From positions 203,767 through 267,766 of IMG/VR virus record IMGVR_UViG_3300042868_009074: 64,000 bases of DNA; one strand, given 5' to 3'. Below the pieces are notes generated by a model, which saw only the letters and a program-made list of their open reading frames with translations, searched no databases and was not told the DNA's origin. Shown one piece after another: positions 1 through 9,144 of this stretch. A program made the translations under genes and the position numbers. The number at the start of each line of letters is the position of its first letter. Position 1 is the first letter of the stretch.

Positions 1-101
1 CAAGGACTGTCCGGGCACACAAGGATTGCATCTCTGACGAGAGATGTAGTCTTGTATCTATATAGATCTTTAAATGTCATAGTGTCCTTAGGAGGTACAC
101 T

Positions 102-254
102 ATGTCCGCTATTTGCGCACGTTGTCGCTTGGAAAGCAACAACATCACACCACAGTCCATCGACCACATCCGTGGTCATTACGCAGCATTCCATGCTGCT
201 TCGTCGAAGCCTCGCAAGGCTCGTGCGAAGAAGGCCCCAGCGAAAGCTGGGTGA
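102..254 (+). CDS. small basic protein, 50 aa (CxxC...H...H, Lys/Ala-rich tail); not in ORF track
   Basis: AGGAGG at 90-95, ATG 102, TGA 252-254; reads MSAICARCRLESNNITPQSIDHIRGHYAAFHAASSKPRKARAKKAPAKAG. Confidence 0.6.
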   Translation: MSAICARCRLESNNITPQSIDHIRGHYAAFHAASSKPRKARAKKAPAKAG

Positions 255-566
255 CCTTCAACCGTTTATATGTCTTTAGTTTATATCTATAGTCTCACGT
301 TTCAGGGATTGGAAACCAGTGAACTAAGTGAATAGTATGAGGAGTCCGCGAACGATTGTCCTACTGAACGCTGTAATAGTATCTTATATATGTTTATATA
401 TATGTTGGAGCAATGTCTTAGACTTGATCAGGCATAGTTATTTTGCCGGCAAACAATTACGTCTATATTATTAATAGACATATATCTTAAGTTTTAATAT
501 TATATTATTCTAAATTTTCAAATAGGGACCCAATCCGTGGGTTTCTTGTAGTAGTTTGGAGAAACT

Positions 567-992
567 ATGAAAGTCCGTATCAACGCTCTTGCTTCTGGCA
601 AGGGCTCAACTCAGCAAGCACCAATCCAAAAGCGTTCCGCTGATGGTCAACGCTTCGCTTTCTTGGTTAGCATTATGGATGCTACCAACACTGTACCAGT
701 CGACCTTCGTTTCGACTCGGTTGCCTCTGATGGCGTCAAGTACCAGAACTTCTCTGGTGCGTATGAACTCTGGTTTTCAGCAGAAGAGAACTCTGAGATT
801 GTTTCTCGGTTCAACACAGCAAAGGCTTCTGGCCAAGTTGTGTACTATGAGTTCACTTGCTTGACCGCTGACAAGTCTGTCCCCTATCTCTCTGAGAAGG
901 GTGTCACTTATCAGACCATCATCCTGAATGCTGACCGCTTTGCGGAACGCATTTGCGGTTTGGCACCAGTGCCCGCCATCAAGTTCGTTTGA
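567..992 (+). CDS. hypothetical protein
   Basis: 141-aa ORF with GGAG upstream and biased codon usage. Confidence 0.75.
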   Translation: MKVRINALASGKGSTQQAPIQKRSADGQRFAFLVSIMDATNTVPVDLRFDSVASDGVKYQNFSGAYELWFSAEENSEIVSRFNTAKASGQVVYYEFTCLTADKSVPYLSEKGVTYQTIILNADRFAERICGLAPVPAIKFV

Positions 993-1464
993 TGAGATTT
1001 GCCACCAAGTTCTCTTGGTGAAGACACCAGTCTGGTCACTTCGGTGACTAGGCTGTGTGTAACCCCCTCTATATATCCTTAGGTTTGATTTCACCTAGCA
1101 CTGATCCGCTGAAACAATCCTTGTGTCCTACCTTGTGTAGTTGTGTACTGACGAGTACATTACTACATTAGGTAACACTCGTACCTACATAGATTCTAAA
1201 TCTATAATCGATCTCAAGTTCTCTGGGGTTGGGCCCCCAGTTAGATGATTGCAGGTATCATATCGATATCTTTAGCCCGTTGTCCCGCTTTAAGGCATTT
1301 CCATTTGGATTTGCCGGCCAGGCAACAAAAGCAAACATATGATAGTTTGGTAGATACCTACGGCTGATTGCCAAGAAACTACCCTTTTCGTTAGTATAAG
1401 TATACTTATCCCCTAATGTATCTATAGCAATATATATATTATTGTTGGACAAATGCTTATATTA

Positions 1465-2092
1465 ATATCTCTCAGGGGTATACCCATTATAAAACTATGC
1501 ATATGTAACCTGCCAAGGTGTTATGCATTTGGGTATACTAGACACGGCAAATGTAAGTATACCCAATATGGGAGATTATCTCCCCCTATATTAGGTGTCT
1601 CTATACTCTCTTATTCCTTTCTAGAGTATATGATATACCCCTGAGAATATTCGTGTTCGTTGGTTTTGCCGGCGAACCACAAGATTTCTTAAGAAGAGTC
1701 TGTATAGCGAGTCTGTAACTGATTAGACTAAAACCCGATTGAGTTACCCTTAAGTTTCCAATTGAGAAGTGCCTAATCAAGTGCCACTTTAGCCGAGACT
1801 ACAGAACTGTCTCTTTGAGACTATGGTTGATACGAAATCCCGTGATAACCTCTGCGAACGAATGCATTACCCTGGTTCAATTGTTGGATTGTACAATCCC
1901 AACCCAGCGTATGTTAGCCATCTAGTACCCATTGTTATCCTTGCAAAATAGGACCAATCTTCTTAAGATTAAAGTTTCCAACTGCACACTGCTTATTGTG
2001 TGTGCGTGTAGAAATATCGCACGGTTAGCGATAAAAACCCCTCACTGGTATATTGAGGCTCTTCTAACCGAATATACCACTTATGGTTTGTT
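1465..2092 (+). ncRNA. candidate large structured ncRNA (two closed multi-helix domains, several pseudoknots)
   Basis: Closing stems 1470-1482/1634-1646 (13 bp perfect) and 1671-1683/2080-2092; pseudoknots 1715-1720/1742-1747, 2022-2027/2065-2070, 2046-2053/2072-2079; no credible ORF; strand assumed from flanking genes. Confidence 0.55.
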
Positions 2093-2216
2093 ACTTACTT
2101 AATTTAAAAGTAACTCATGCTGAGTATCATGATGTAAAGTGCTTCCATTCTATAAGATATTTGCCTGCGGGCAATTGACCATACGCCCATACAAAACCAG
2201 AATAACAGGAGTTATT

Positions 2217-2441
2217 ATGAACACTACAAAAATTAAATCAACATTTAAGAAAACAGCTCAATATGGAGTTGTTGCGCCAGCCATTGGTGCAGGAACATTG
2301 CTTTATGGCACTGCTCTTGGTCTATGGCACATCACTAAATCTACTGGTTTTGCCCTAAAAACCATTGCTAATGATTCAGTCACAAATACTGTTGAGTATA
2401 TCAATGAAATCAAAAACCCACACGTTCGTAACGATTGGTAA
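2217..2441 (+). CDS. hypothetical membrane-associated protein
   Basis: AGGAG then ATG at 2217, a better start than the track GTG at 2139; hydrophobic stretch. Confidence 0.7.
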   Translation: MNTTKIKSTFKKTAQYGVVAPAIGAGTLLYGTALGLWHITKSTGFALKTIANDSVTNTVEYINEIKNPHVRNDW

Positions 2442-2506
2442 CAAAATGCATTTCCTATTTATAGGTTACCTGGATGGTAGTAAGCCAGGGTAAAATGCTA
2501 GCTAAC

Positions 2507-2549
2507 GGAGCCTGAGTATGCTCTGCACAAATATGCTCACCTTCGGGTG
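2507..2549 (+). ncRNA. H-type pseudoknot plus cUUCGg hairpin
   Basis: GGAGC/GCTCT stem with loop CTGAGTAT; TGAGTAT pairs with ATGCTCA 2533-2539; CACC-TTCG-GGTG 2538-2549. Confidence 0.45.
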
Positions 2550-2638
2550 CCTGGAAGGTAATGACCACCCTGAATATAGCCTTCCCCCGCTATATCAGCT
2601 GTGAGATACATAATTGGGTTCAAATCCCATTACACCCA
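2545..2638 (+). ncRNA. atypical tRNA-like element
   Basis: GGGTG/CACCC-A ends, T-loop GGG-TTCAAAT-CCC, central ATATAGC/GCTATAT arm with 8-nt loop CTTCCCCC. Confidence 0.4.
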
Positions 2639-2670
2639 CTAAAATCAAATCTATAGTTAGGAGAACTATA

Positions 2671-2850
2671 ATGAACAATAATAATCAAACTATCTATTAC
2701 GTAGTTGACCCTGCAGATGAATTCATCCTTTATCGTGGTAATCTTCAAGACTGTGAACAGGTCCTTGAACAACAATATGGAGGAGTTCTTATCTATCAAG
2801 AGTCACAACTGACTGAGGAAATGAAAACTTCAGTTTGGTATTATTTCTAA
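2671..2850 (+). CDS. hypothetical protein
   Basis: AGGAG RBS, ATG 2671. Confidence 0.7.
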   Translation: MNNNNQTIYYVVDPADEFILYRGNLQDCEQVLEQQYGGVLIYQESQLTEEMKTSVWYYF

Positions 2851-2868
2851 AGAAAGAGTAAATTTAAA

Positions 2869-3486
2869 ATGAATCAACCTAATGACAAAAAAGTAATATG
2901 GGATCCTGAAACAGAGTCTTACAAAGTTGTTTCAAATCCTGAATGGGATATTGAAGCTGAAGTTGGCATTTACTCATCGCTTGTTCAAAGCGGTGTTAAT
3001 GATACTTTAGCAACTGACATTCTATCTATGTTTAATACCACTAGACCTGTCTATTCGTGCTATTGTCACAGTGAACACACAGAAATTGGCTATGGATTTA
3101 ATCCATGCCCTTGTGCAGACTGTGAAGCAATTGCTCGTATTGAAGGTTATAATATCTCAGAACCTATAGACAACATTCAATTGCACAAAAATTCAGTTCA
3201 TGTTGTTGGCCATATGGTTCAACAACAGCTTTCTGCTATTAATAAAGTTATTGCTTCTGACAATATTTATATTTCTGAAGATGACTTTAAAACTTTTCAA
3301 TCTCTTTTAGAAGACTATGGCAAAACAGATTTGTCTTGGTCTGAAATCTTAGATTATATGGCCGTTGATCCTAGAAACTCATCTGAACCAGATCATTTTT
3401 ATGCTGTTGCTGCAGTTTTAGAATACTTCTGGATTGCATTTGTTCTCAAGAACCCAACAGTTACGGGTCATCGTCCAAAACAATAA
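2869..3486 (+). CDS. hypothetical protein with Cys/His cluster
   Basis: 205-aa ORF, CYCH...CPCADC. Confidence 0.75.
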   Translation: MNQPNDKKVIWDPETESYKVVSNPEWDIEAEVGIYSSLVQSGVNDTLATDILSMFNTTRPVYSCYCHSEHTEIGYGFNPCPCADCEAIARIEGYNISEPIDNIQLHKNSVHVVGHMVQQQLSAINKVIASDNIYISEDDFKTFQSLLEDYGKTDLSWSEILDYMAVDPRNSSEPDHFYAVAAVLEYFWIAFVLKNPTVTGHRPKQ

Positions 3487-3504
3487 AGAAAAAAATGAAA
3501 GAGT

Positions 3505-4026
3505 ATGCTTAATCATTCTCAAGAATTAGTGGATAAATATCCACTACTCAACTGTACAAACTGTGGGATACCCAATCCCACGACTCAACAACAGGGTATG
3601 TTTATTGACGACGGTATTTCTATCAATACCTTGTCACTTGGACACTATGGCGGATTCACTGACTGCATCCCCGATCAAACTCGGGGTGAAGTGTACTCAA
3701 TTTCTGAGTATGATTCTAATCCATACCTAGCACATTTGTGCCATGACTGCAGTGTGATACTTTTCAATGCACTACCTGGACTTGCAAAATTTGCAGGAGT
3801 TCATGGTGGTCATGGCAACATCACCGGAGGATGGTGTTTCTCAGGTGGCGAACTTAGCCACATTGAGAATGGAACACTTGTTCCACCTTGTTGTCCATAC
3901 GCTTGGACTTGGGATCAGACTGAAAAGTCTGGTCCATACAATCAATCCACTACTTACATAGCTACACCCGAATTAACTTGGGTAAAGCGACAATATTTGG
4001 ATGATGACTTAGAGGATTTCCTCTAG
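3505..4026 (+). CDS. hypothetical Cys-rich protein
   Basis: 173-aa ORF with CxxC pairs. Confidence 0.75.
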   Translation: MLNHSQELVDKYPLLNCTNCGIPNPTTQQQGMFIDDGISINTLSLGHYGGFTDCIPDQTRGEVYSISEYDSNPYLAHLCHDCSVILFNALPGLAKFAGVHGGHGNITGGWCFSGGELSHIENGTLVPPCCPYAWTWDQTEKSGPYNQSTTYIATPELTWVKRQYLDDDLEDFL

Positions 4027-4077
4027 GTCATTATCCTTAGCCCAAACAATAACCCACTAACATTAGGAGAAATTAAA

Positions 4078-4272
4078 ATGTGGTATTGGTATCTTTCAGG
4101 TATGATTTCAGCTTTCTTGCTGGTATCTGCCGTAATCAATGTAGGATTTGTGTTTGGTTTTATAACCTATACAAAATCTAAATCAAAATCATCCCAACTT
4201 ACAGGAGCTGATAAAGCCCTGTATGATTGGGCCAAACAAGACATCACTGGTGAAACCCAAAGGAGTAACTAA
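4078..4272 (+). CDS. small membrane protein
   Basis: AGGAG RBS, N-terminal hydrophobic helix. Confidence 0.7.
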   Translation: MWYWYLSGMISAFLLVSAVINVGFVFGFITYTKSKSKSSQLTGADKALYDWAKQDITGETQRSN

Positions 4273-4787
4273 TGTTATTATCTATGATGATTATCTTAGC
4301 AATTACATCGTGTGCTTTAGAGCTCATGATTGCTGCTAAGGTTCCAATCTGGCGTCAAATGTCAGCTAAATATCCATTGTTCAACCTACTAAACTCTCTT
4401 GTTATCTCATTCATAATGGGTATAGCATTTGGTGCAGCAGGTCTTGTAGCAATGGGTGCTGGTGTTATCTCAACTGTACTTTCAGTTCCAGGTTATCAGT
4501 TCCTTAAATGGAACTATGACACACCTCGTGCTCGTGCACACGGTGGAAGTGAATACAAATATCACCATGCTATCTTTAAGTCTAAACTAGAAAACTATAA
4601 AGTTACCCTCGCTAAATGGGGTGTAGCTTTGAATGATCTAGGTAAACTTATGTATAGCTTTATCCGATTCCTTACTTTCCCTATCTGGATGACCCGCGAC
4701 TTTATCGTATGGGTTCGTCCATATGTGGTTAAGTATAACAACTATGTAGCTAGAAAACGTCTGGCTAAGATAAGGACAACACCATGA
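4272..4787 (+). CDS. membrane protein
   Basis: Overlapping TAATG start; several hydrophobic helices. Confidence 0.75.
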   Translation: MLLSMMIILAITSCALELMIAAKVPIWRQMSAKYPLFNLLNSLVISFIMGIAFGAAGLVAMGAGVISTVLSVPGYQFLKWNYDTPRARAHGGSEYKYHHAIFKSKLENYKVTLAKWGVALNDLGKLMYSFIRFLTFPIWMTRDFIVWVRPYVVKYNNYVARKRLAKIRTTP

Positions 4788-4851
4788 AACGTGTAGCACA
4801 ATACATTGGGCTCACTATCACTTCCGTAGCGTTTGCTTTTGGGTGGTCAAA

Positions 4852-5055
4852 ATGACCATTTCCAATACAATAGGTGCATACCAAGCAAACCCTAGTAACG
4901 GTATATATAGACACAAATGTATAGAACCATCTTGCTCAGAATTCGTCTTGTACGATGACGAGCCTTGGTGTTTCGACCATTCCCCTGATGAAGGTTCATC
5001 CCTTCCAGGATATTCCGCTTATCAACTAGATCTCTTAAAGGAGACAGCACAATGA
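4852..5055 (+). CDS. small Cys/His zinc-finger-like protein
   Basis: CIEPSC...WCFDH. Confidence 0.6.
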   Translation: MTISNTIGAYQANPSNGIYRHKCIEPSCSEFVLYDDEPWCFDHSPDEGSSLPGYSAYQLDLLKETAQ

Positions 5056-5165
5056 GTATCATTAAAAATACTGTTGTTGCAATCAGTCAGCGTGTTCGCA
5101 TCTTTGGTGCGTTCATCACTGGCTTTGTAACAAAGAAATAAATAAATTCATTAAAATAAAAAACA

Positions 5166-5197
5166 ATGACCTAGGGATCACCCAATCCCTAGGTCAT
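5166..5197 (+). terminator. perfect 13-bp hairpin (terminator or processing site)
   Basis: ATGACCTAGGGAT-CACCCA-ATCCCTAGGTCAT. Confidence 0.5.
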
Positions 5198-5256
5198 AAA
5201 GCCCAATTAAAAACCCAAATATTATCCCTATTTATACAGAAAGAATTATTGACACT

Positions 5257-6318
5257 ATGTCTATTCTAAATACACTTGTTAAGTCCTTCGACCCAGAAGG
5301 TTCACTTGGAATTGCAGTAGATTCACCCGAAATACTGCAGTCCACACCAAAAACAGCTAACTTAATCCTTGGCCGTCGTGTTCCATTTCAGGCTTCCTTT
5401 AATGGCAACATGCTTCCTGGTTTCGTTACCTTAAAATCTGCAAATCTCCAGCGTCTTAGCGTTGAAGATCACACTTCTGCAAATGGCACAAAGCCATTAG
5501 TATCAGGTATCTTTAACAACGTTCAAATGGACGTAGAAGTAATGATTGGAACTGAAATTATTAGCCTTCAAGAACTTCTTCTTGCAATGTCTAATGCTTC
5601 AGCTCAAAACCAAGTTACATTGGAAGAATTCATGCCTACACTCGAAAGCCTTGGCTTCCGTTTCAACTCAGGTATGACCTTCTTCTGGCAACAGTTTGGC
5701 TCTAATATCGATAGCTACAACGAACTTCGTGACTCATTCAAGTCACTTGGTGCAGTAAGTGGTCTCGGTACTAAGAACTTGCCTGCTAAAGTTAAAGAAG
5801 TTTGGGAAATGCCAAAGAACCTTACTGGTCCTGCAATTGTAGGCTTTGAAGTTAGCCGTGCAAAGCGCGAAGAATCTAAGACAGGTCAAGGTTTCCTTGA
5901 TTTCGTAGATGCCATTACAGCTAACTACAAGCGTATTGTAGATCTTCGTAAGACTTCAGCAGCTATGAAGAACGATATCACTACAAACTCTGTTGTAGAA
6001 GCATGGTCTCCTGAGAAAATTAAAGCCGTTGAAGAGCATGCAAATGCTTTGATGCGCATTTCTCAGAACTGGTCAAGCGTTTGGTCTGGTTCTTCTCAAG
6101 GTAAAGTTATCGACGAGAAAGATCCTTCTGTTATTGAACTTCAAGACCAGTGGTATGCAACCAAAGCTAACTGCGGACGTTTCTCTGTTGTCGTTAACGA
6201 CAAAGTAATGCCAGTTGATCTTTGGACAAACTCATTGCAAGCTAATACCTCAGGTAATACGACTGCATCTGCACCAGCTTCGGCTGTTGCTGGTGAAGCT
6301 CCAATTTCCTGGGAATAA
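5257..6318 (+). CDS. hypothetical protein, probably highly expressed
   Basis: 353-aa ORF with strong CGT/GGT/ACT-type codon bias. Confidence 0.85.
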   Translation: MSILNTLVKSFDPEGSLGIAVDSPEILQSTPKTANLILGRRVPFQASFNGNMLPGFVTLKSANLQRLSVEDHTSANGTKPLVSGIFNNVQMDVEVMIGTEIISLQELLLAMSNASAQNQVTLEEFMPTLESLGFRFNSGMTFFWQQFGSNIDSYNELRDSFKSLGAVSGLGTKNLPAKVKEVWEMPKNLTGPAIVGFEVSRAKREESKTGQGFLDFVDAITANYKRIVDLRKTSAAMKNDITTNSVVEAWSPEKIKAVEEHANALMRISQNWSSVWSGSSQGKVIDEKDPSVIELQDQWYATKANCGRFSVVVNDKVMPVDLWTNSLQANTSGNTTASAPASAVAGEAPISWE

Positions 6319-6342
6319 GCAATCATCTAACTAAGCCCTACC

Positions 6343-6380
6343 GTAGGTGGGAGTATGCAGAAATGTATACTCCCACTTAC
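6343..6380 (+). terminator. 17-bp GNRA-capped hairpin between the 353-aa gene and the polymerase
   Basis: GTAGGTGGGAGTATGCA-GAAA-TGTATACTCCCACTTAC with G-U pairs. Confidence 0.5.
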
Positions 6381-6461
6381 ACCCCCCATCATACTTTTTT
6401 ATGTTTATGCAAAGACATACAAAAATATAATTATAATTACACAATCTCTTAAGGAGGGATT

Positions 6462-9005
6462 TTGGCCATTAACCCCAAAACAAGAACTATCTGCTATGCT
6501 GATGGACCTATTCGCTCTACAGGTGGATATCAAGTAGGTTTCTACGATATATCTCACCTTCGCCAGGCATTACAATATTCTGGCGAATCATTCTATCGGG
6601 TAGGCTCTTTGCCTATCCCACAAAACGAACATGAATTTACCCAAATTCAACAAATCATTAATGATCCTTCTATTCAGTATGCTCTAGTTGACAAGAACAA
6701 AATTGTTATCTGTCAAATTGGCAACAATACTGAATGGCTTAGTATCTTTACTGATATGGGTTATACTGTCCACGGTGGAGGCAAGACTGCTAAGCGGTTG
6801 AAGACTCTCCATCGACCTACTTTAATCAATGCTCACTTTGATCTTGATGAAATCAAAATACGCTATTGTGAAGCCGGCGACTTTAGTCGCTATTTCGATA
6901 GCGATGAAGAAGGCTATTGGCTTATAGATGCTGAAGACTATCAAGAATTTTATCAAAATCCTGAAGTTTGGGATCGACTCTTAGACGGTGGCTTTGCTAT
7001 CCATCCACGATTGATCCATAAAGGTATTGATAACCTACCTATCTTTGATCCCGCTGAAAACGAGGATCCAGGTGAGTACTATCTTAATCCTACTATGCGT
7101 ATGGATTGCATCCGTAATCTATATAATGCTAAAGTATTTAATATTAGACTTACTGGACCAATGGGTCAGCTTAAAGGCAACTGCTTTGTTACCGATAAAC
7201 TTCCTGAAGGTGTAGATGTATTGACTTGGCATGGAAATGTCAAGACAGAGATCTCATATTCTGAAGGCTATCAACTCATTGCTGAGCCTCAAGGACCTAA
7301 GTCCAAAGTCCGTACGGACGATCAAACTCTTATTAATATGCCACAACTCTTTACCAAGAGTGATATGGAATATTGGCTAGACGAGGAATATAAGAAACTC
7401 TTCAACGATGCCATCAACAATAAGCTTTTGATGAACTGGAAGAATGTATACCAACGTTCTTTCCGTGATGATACTAACCTTGAAGATGAAGAGTCTTATG
7501 CACGGTTTCAATATCAAGGTTATCGCTGGAAAGCAATGGGGATGAAGGTAACTGATTCCCCTTGGTTATTCCAGACCCTTGCTACTAGCCATGCTAAACC
7601 CCTTCAAGAACGTATCCCAATCCCTTGTTCTGTATCTGAACAGATTATTAGCGAGTCTATGGCTCGCTTATCTGGTTATGATGTAGAAGTCGAAGAAGGA
7701 ACTATTCAACGCATCAATGACCTTGGTGTACACGTAGTTAATGATCTCGATTGGATTGAGATGTATGAGAGCCATGGTGGCTGCGACGGTGACGACTTCT
7801 TTGGTTTATTCTATAGGACTCCAGTTGGTGGACAATATGATAAAGAAAAGGTTGTCTTTGCACGTCGATCTCCAAATGGTCTTGGTGAGTACTCTGTATT
7901 TAGATATGTAGAAGGACAATGGTCTCCAACTTGGTTGACCAGTGACGGTACTCAAGTTAAGTTTCCTGAGTGTTCTGGACGTGGTTGGCCTATGCGCCTA
8001 TCTACCGCCATTCACGCAGGGAAAGTTAGCTATGTAGGACTTCCTTCTTCTACTGCTCCTAAAGCTGAACGTACTGAAACCTATACTAGACAAGATGTCT
8101 TTAATGATATCCGATCTAGTATGACAGGTGGAGGCGTTGGCGGTTTCGTCAATGCTGTAATGCTACATACTTCTGTGTTCCATTCTCATCGTCCACTTCA
8201 ACTGTGTAGTTTGGAAGATGCAATCGACGGTTGCACTCAGACAAACGAACCAGCTGACCGTGAAGCGATTGAGCTTGAAGCTAAAGTATTGGTTGATGAA
8301 GTTATTAGTTCTGGACTTCCAGTAGACCGTTCATTATGGGATGCTAAGAAGTTTGACTACTATCTCAAGCCAGGCCAATTTGTAGAAAAGCACGAAGGTA
8401 AAATCACTCAGCTTAATATGATCACGAAAACTAAATATCGTGAGTATGTAAAGATGATTACCGAATGGGCTCAAAAGAACTGTCAACCTGATGAAGTTAT
8501 TCATAAGATTGGCTATCGCTTGAGCTTCAATGCTATTCCTATCTTAAAACAATTCCGTAAAGATATTTACAACTTGAATCAATCAGACATGAATGAATCT
8601 AGTGGTTATCTTGACAGCAGTAGCTGGGACTTCCTGTATCAATCAATCGTTGATAAGATTGAACTACATGACAATGAGTCTGATCGACACGATCTAGTAC
8701 TTGGTCTCTATTCTGCCAGCTTGAAGCACCCAACTTCAAATGGTAAAGTAAGTGACCAAATCGTATTCAATCGACATGTCTTTCCGTTCCTTGAACGAGC
8801 ACTCCAATATTATGGATTGGCTAACGTAGTTTCTTTCATTAGAAACAAAGATGGCACAGTCCGAGTAATGCAGAGCAAGACATCTGAATGGATTGGCATC
8901 GATGAAGATGGCAGTTATCATACCTTTGATGAAGCCATTGAATACCAAAGATTCCGTGGTAAGATTAGCCCTATTGTGTTTACCAACGCAAAGAAAACTG
9001 CTTAA
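6462..9005 (+). CDS. single-subunit two-barrel RNA polymerase-like protein (YonO/eukaryotic RdRP-like)
   Basis: Motifs LDGGFAI, FNIRLTGPMGQLKG and HGGCDGDD resemble the DG-G-I, IR-G-KG and DxDGD motifs of RdRP/YonO-type enzymes. Confidence 0.6.
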   Translation: MAINPKTRTICYADGPIRSTGGYQVGFYDISHLRQALQYSGESFYRVGSLPIPQNEHEFTQIQQIINDPSIQYALVDKNKIVICQIGNNTEWLSIFTDMGYTVHGGGKTAKRLKTLHRPTLINAHFDLDEIKIRYCEAGDFSRYFDSDEEGYWLIDAEDYQEFYQNPEVWDRLLDGGFAIHPRLIHKGIDNLPIFDPAENEDPGEYYLNPTMRMDCIRNLYNAKVFNIRLTGPMGQLKGNCFVTDKLPEGVDVLTWHGNVKTEISYSEGYQLIAEPQGPKSKVRTDDQTLINMPQLFTKSDMEYWLDEEYKKLFNDAINNKLLMNWKNVYQRSFRDDTNLEDEESYARFQYQGYRWKAMGMKVTDSPWLFQTLATSHAKPLQERIPIPCSVSEQIISESMARLSGYDVEVEEGTIQRINDLGVHVVNDLDWIEMYESHGGCDGDDFFGLFYRTPVGGQYDKEKVVFARRSPNGLGEYSVFRYVEGQWSPTWLTSDGTQVKFPECSGRGWPMRLSTAIHAGKVSYVGLPSSTAPKAERTETYTRQDVFNDIRSSMTGGGVGGFVNAVMLHTSVFHSHRPLQLCSLEDAIDGCTQTNEPADREAIELEAKVLVDEVISSGLPVDRSLWDAKKFDYYLKPGQFVEKHEGKITQLNMITKTKYREYVKMITEWAQKNCQPDEVIHKIGYRLSFNAIPILKQFRKDIYNLNQSDMNESSGYLDSSSWDFLYQSIVDKIELHDNESDRHDLVLGLYSASLKHPTSNGKVSDQIVFNRHVFPFLERALQYYGLANVVSFIRNKDGTVRVMQSKTSEWIGIDEDGSYHTFDEAIEYQRFRGKISPIVFTNAKKTA

Positions 9006-9014
9006 CAGTTTATG

Positions 9015-9062
9015 AACCCCCAGAGTATTAGCACGTTGCTAGTATTCTGGGGGTTTTTTTTC
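9015..9062 (+). terminator. intrinsic terminator
   Basis: CCCCAGAGTATTAGCA-CGT-TGCTAGTATTCTGGGG followed by a T tract. Confidence 0.85.
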
Positions 9063-9104
9063 TCACGCGGGCGAACGCGTACGAGGGTTAACACCAACTT
9101 ACAA

Positions 9105-9120
9105 TGTTCCACGTGAAACA
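9105..9120. promoter_or_regulatory. parS: parS centromere-like site
   Basis: TGTTCCACGTGAAACA matches the chromosomal parS consensus TGTTNCACGTGAAACA exactly; intergenic. Confidence 0.8.
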
Positions 9121-9144
9121 TCCGCTACCATAAAAAACAACGAA

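Noticed and set aside
52-279. Track ORF of 75 aa
   Set aside because: An overlapping frame (102..254) has a strong AGGAGG RBS and a more protein-like sequence.
17-1126. 12-bp inverted repeat ACACAAGGATTG (17-28) / CAATCCTTGTGT (1115-1126) as IS ends
   Set aside because: Short enough to be chance over 1.1 kb; no transposase between them and no target duplication seen.
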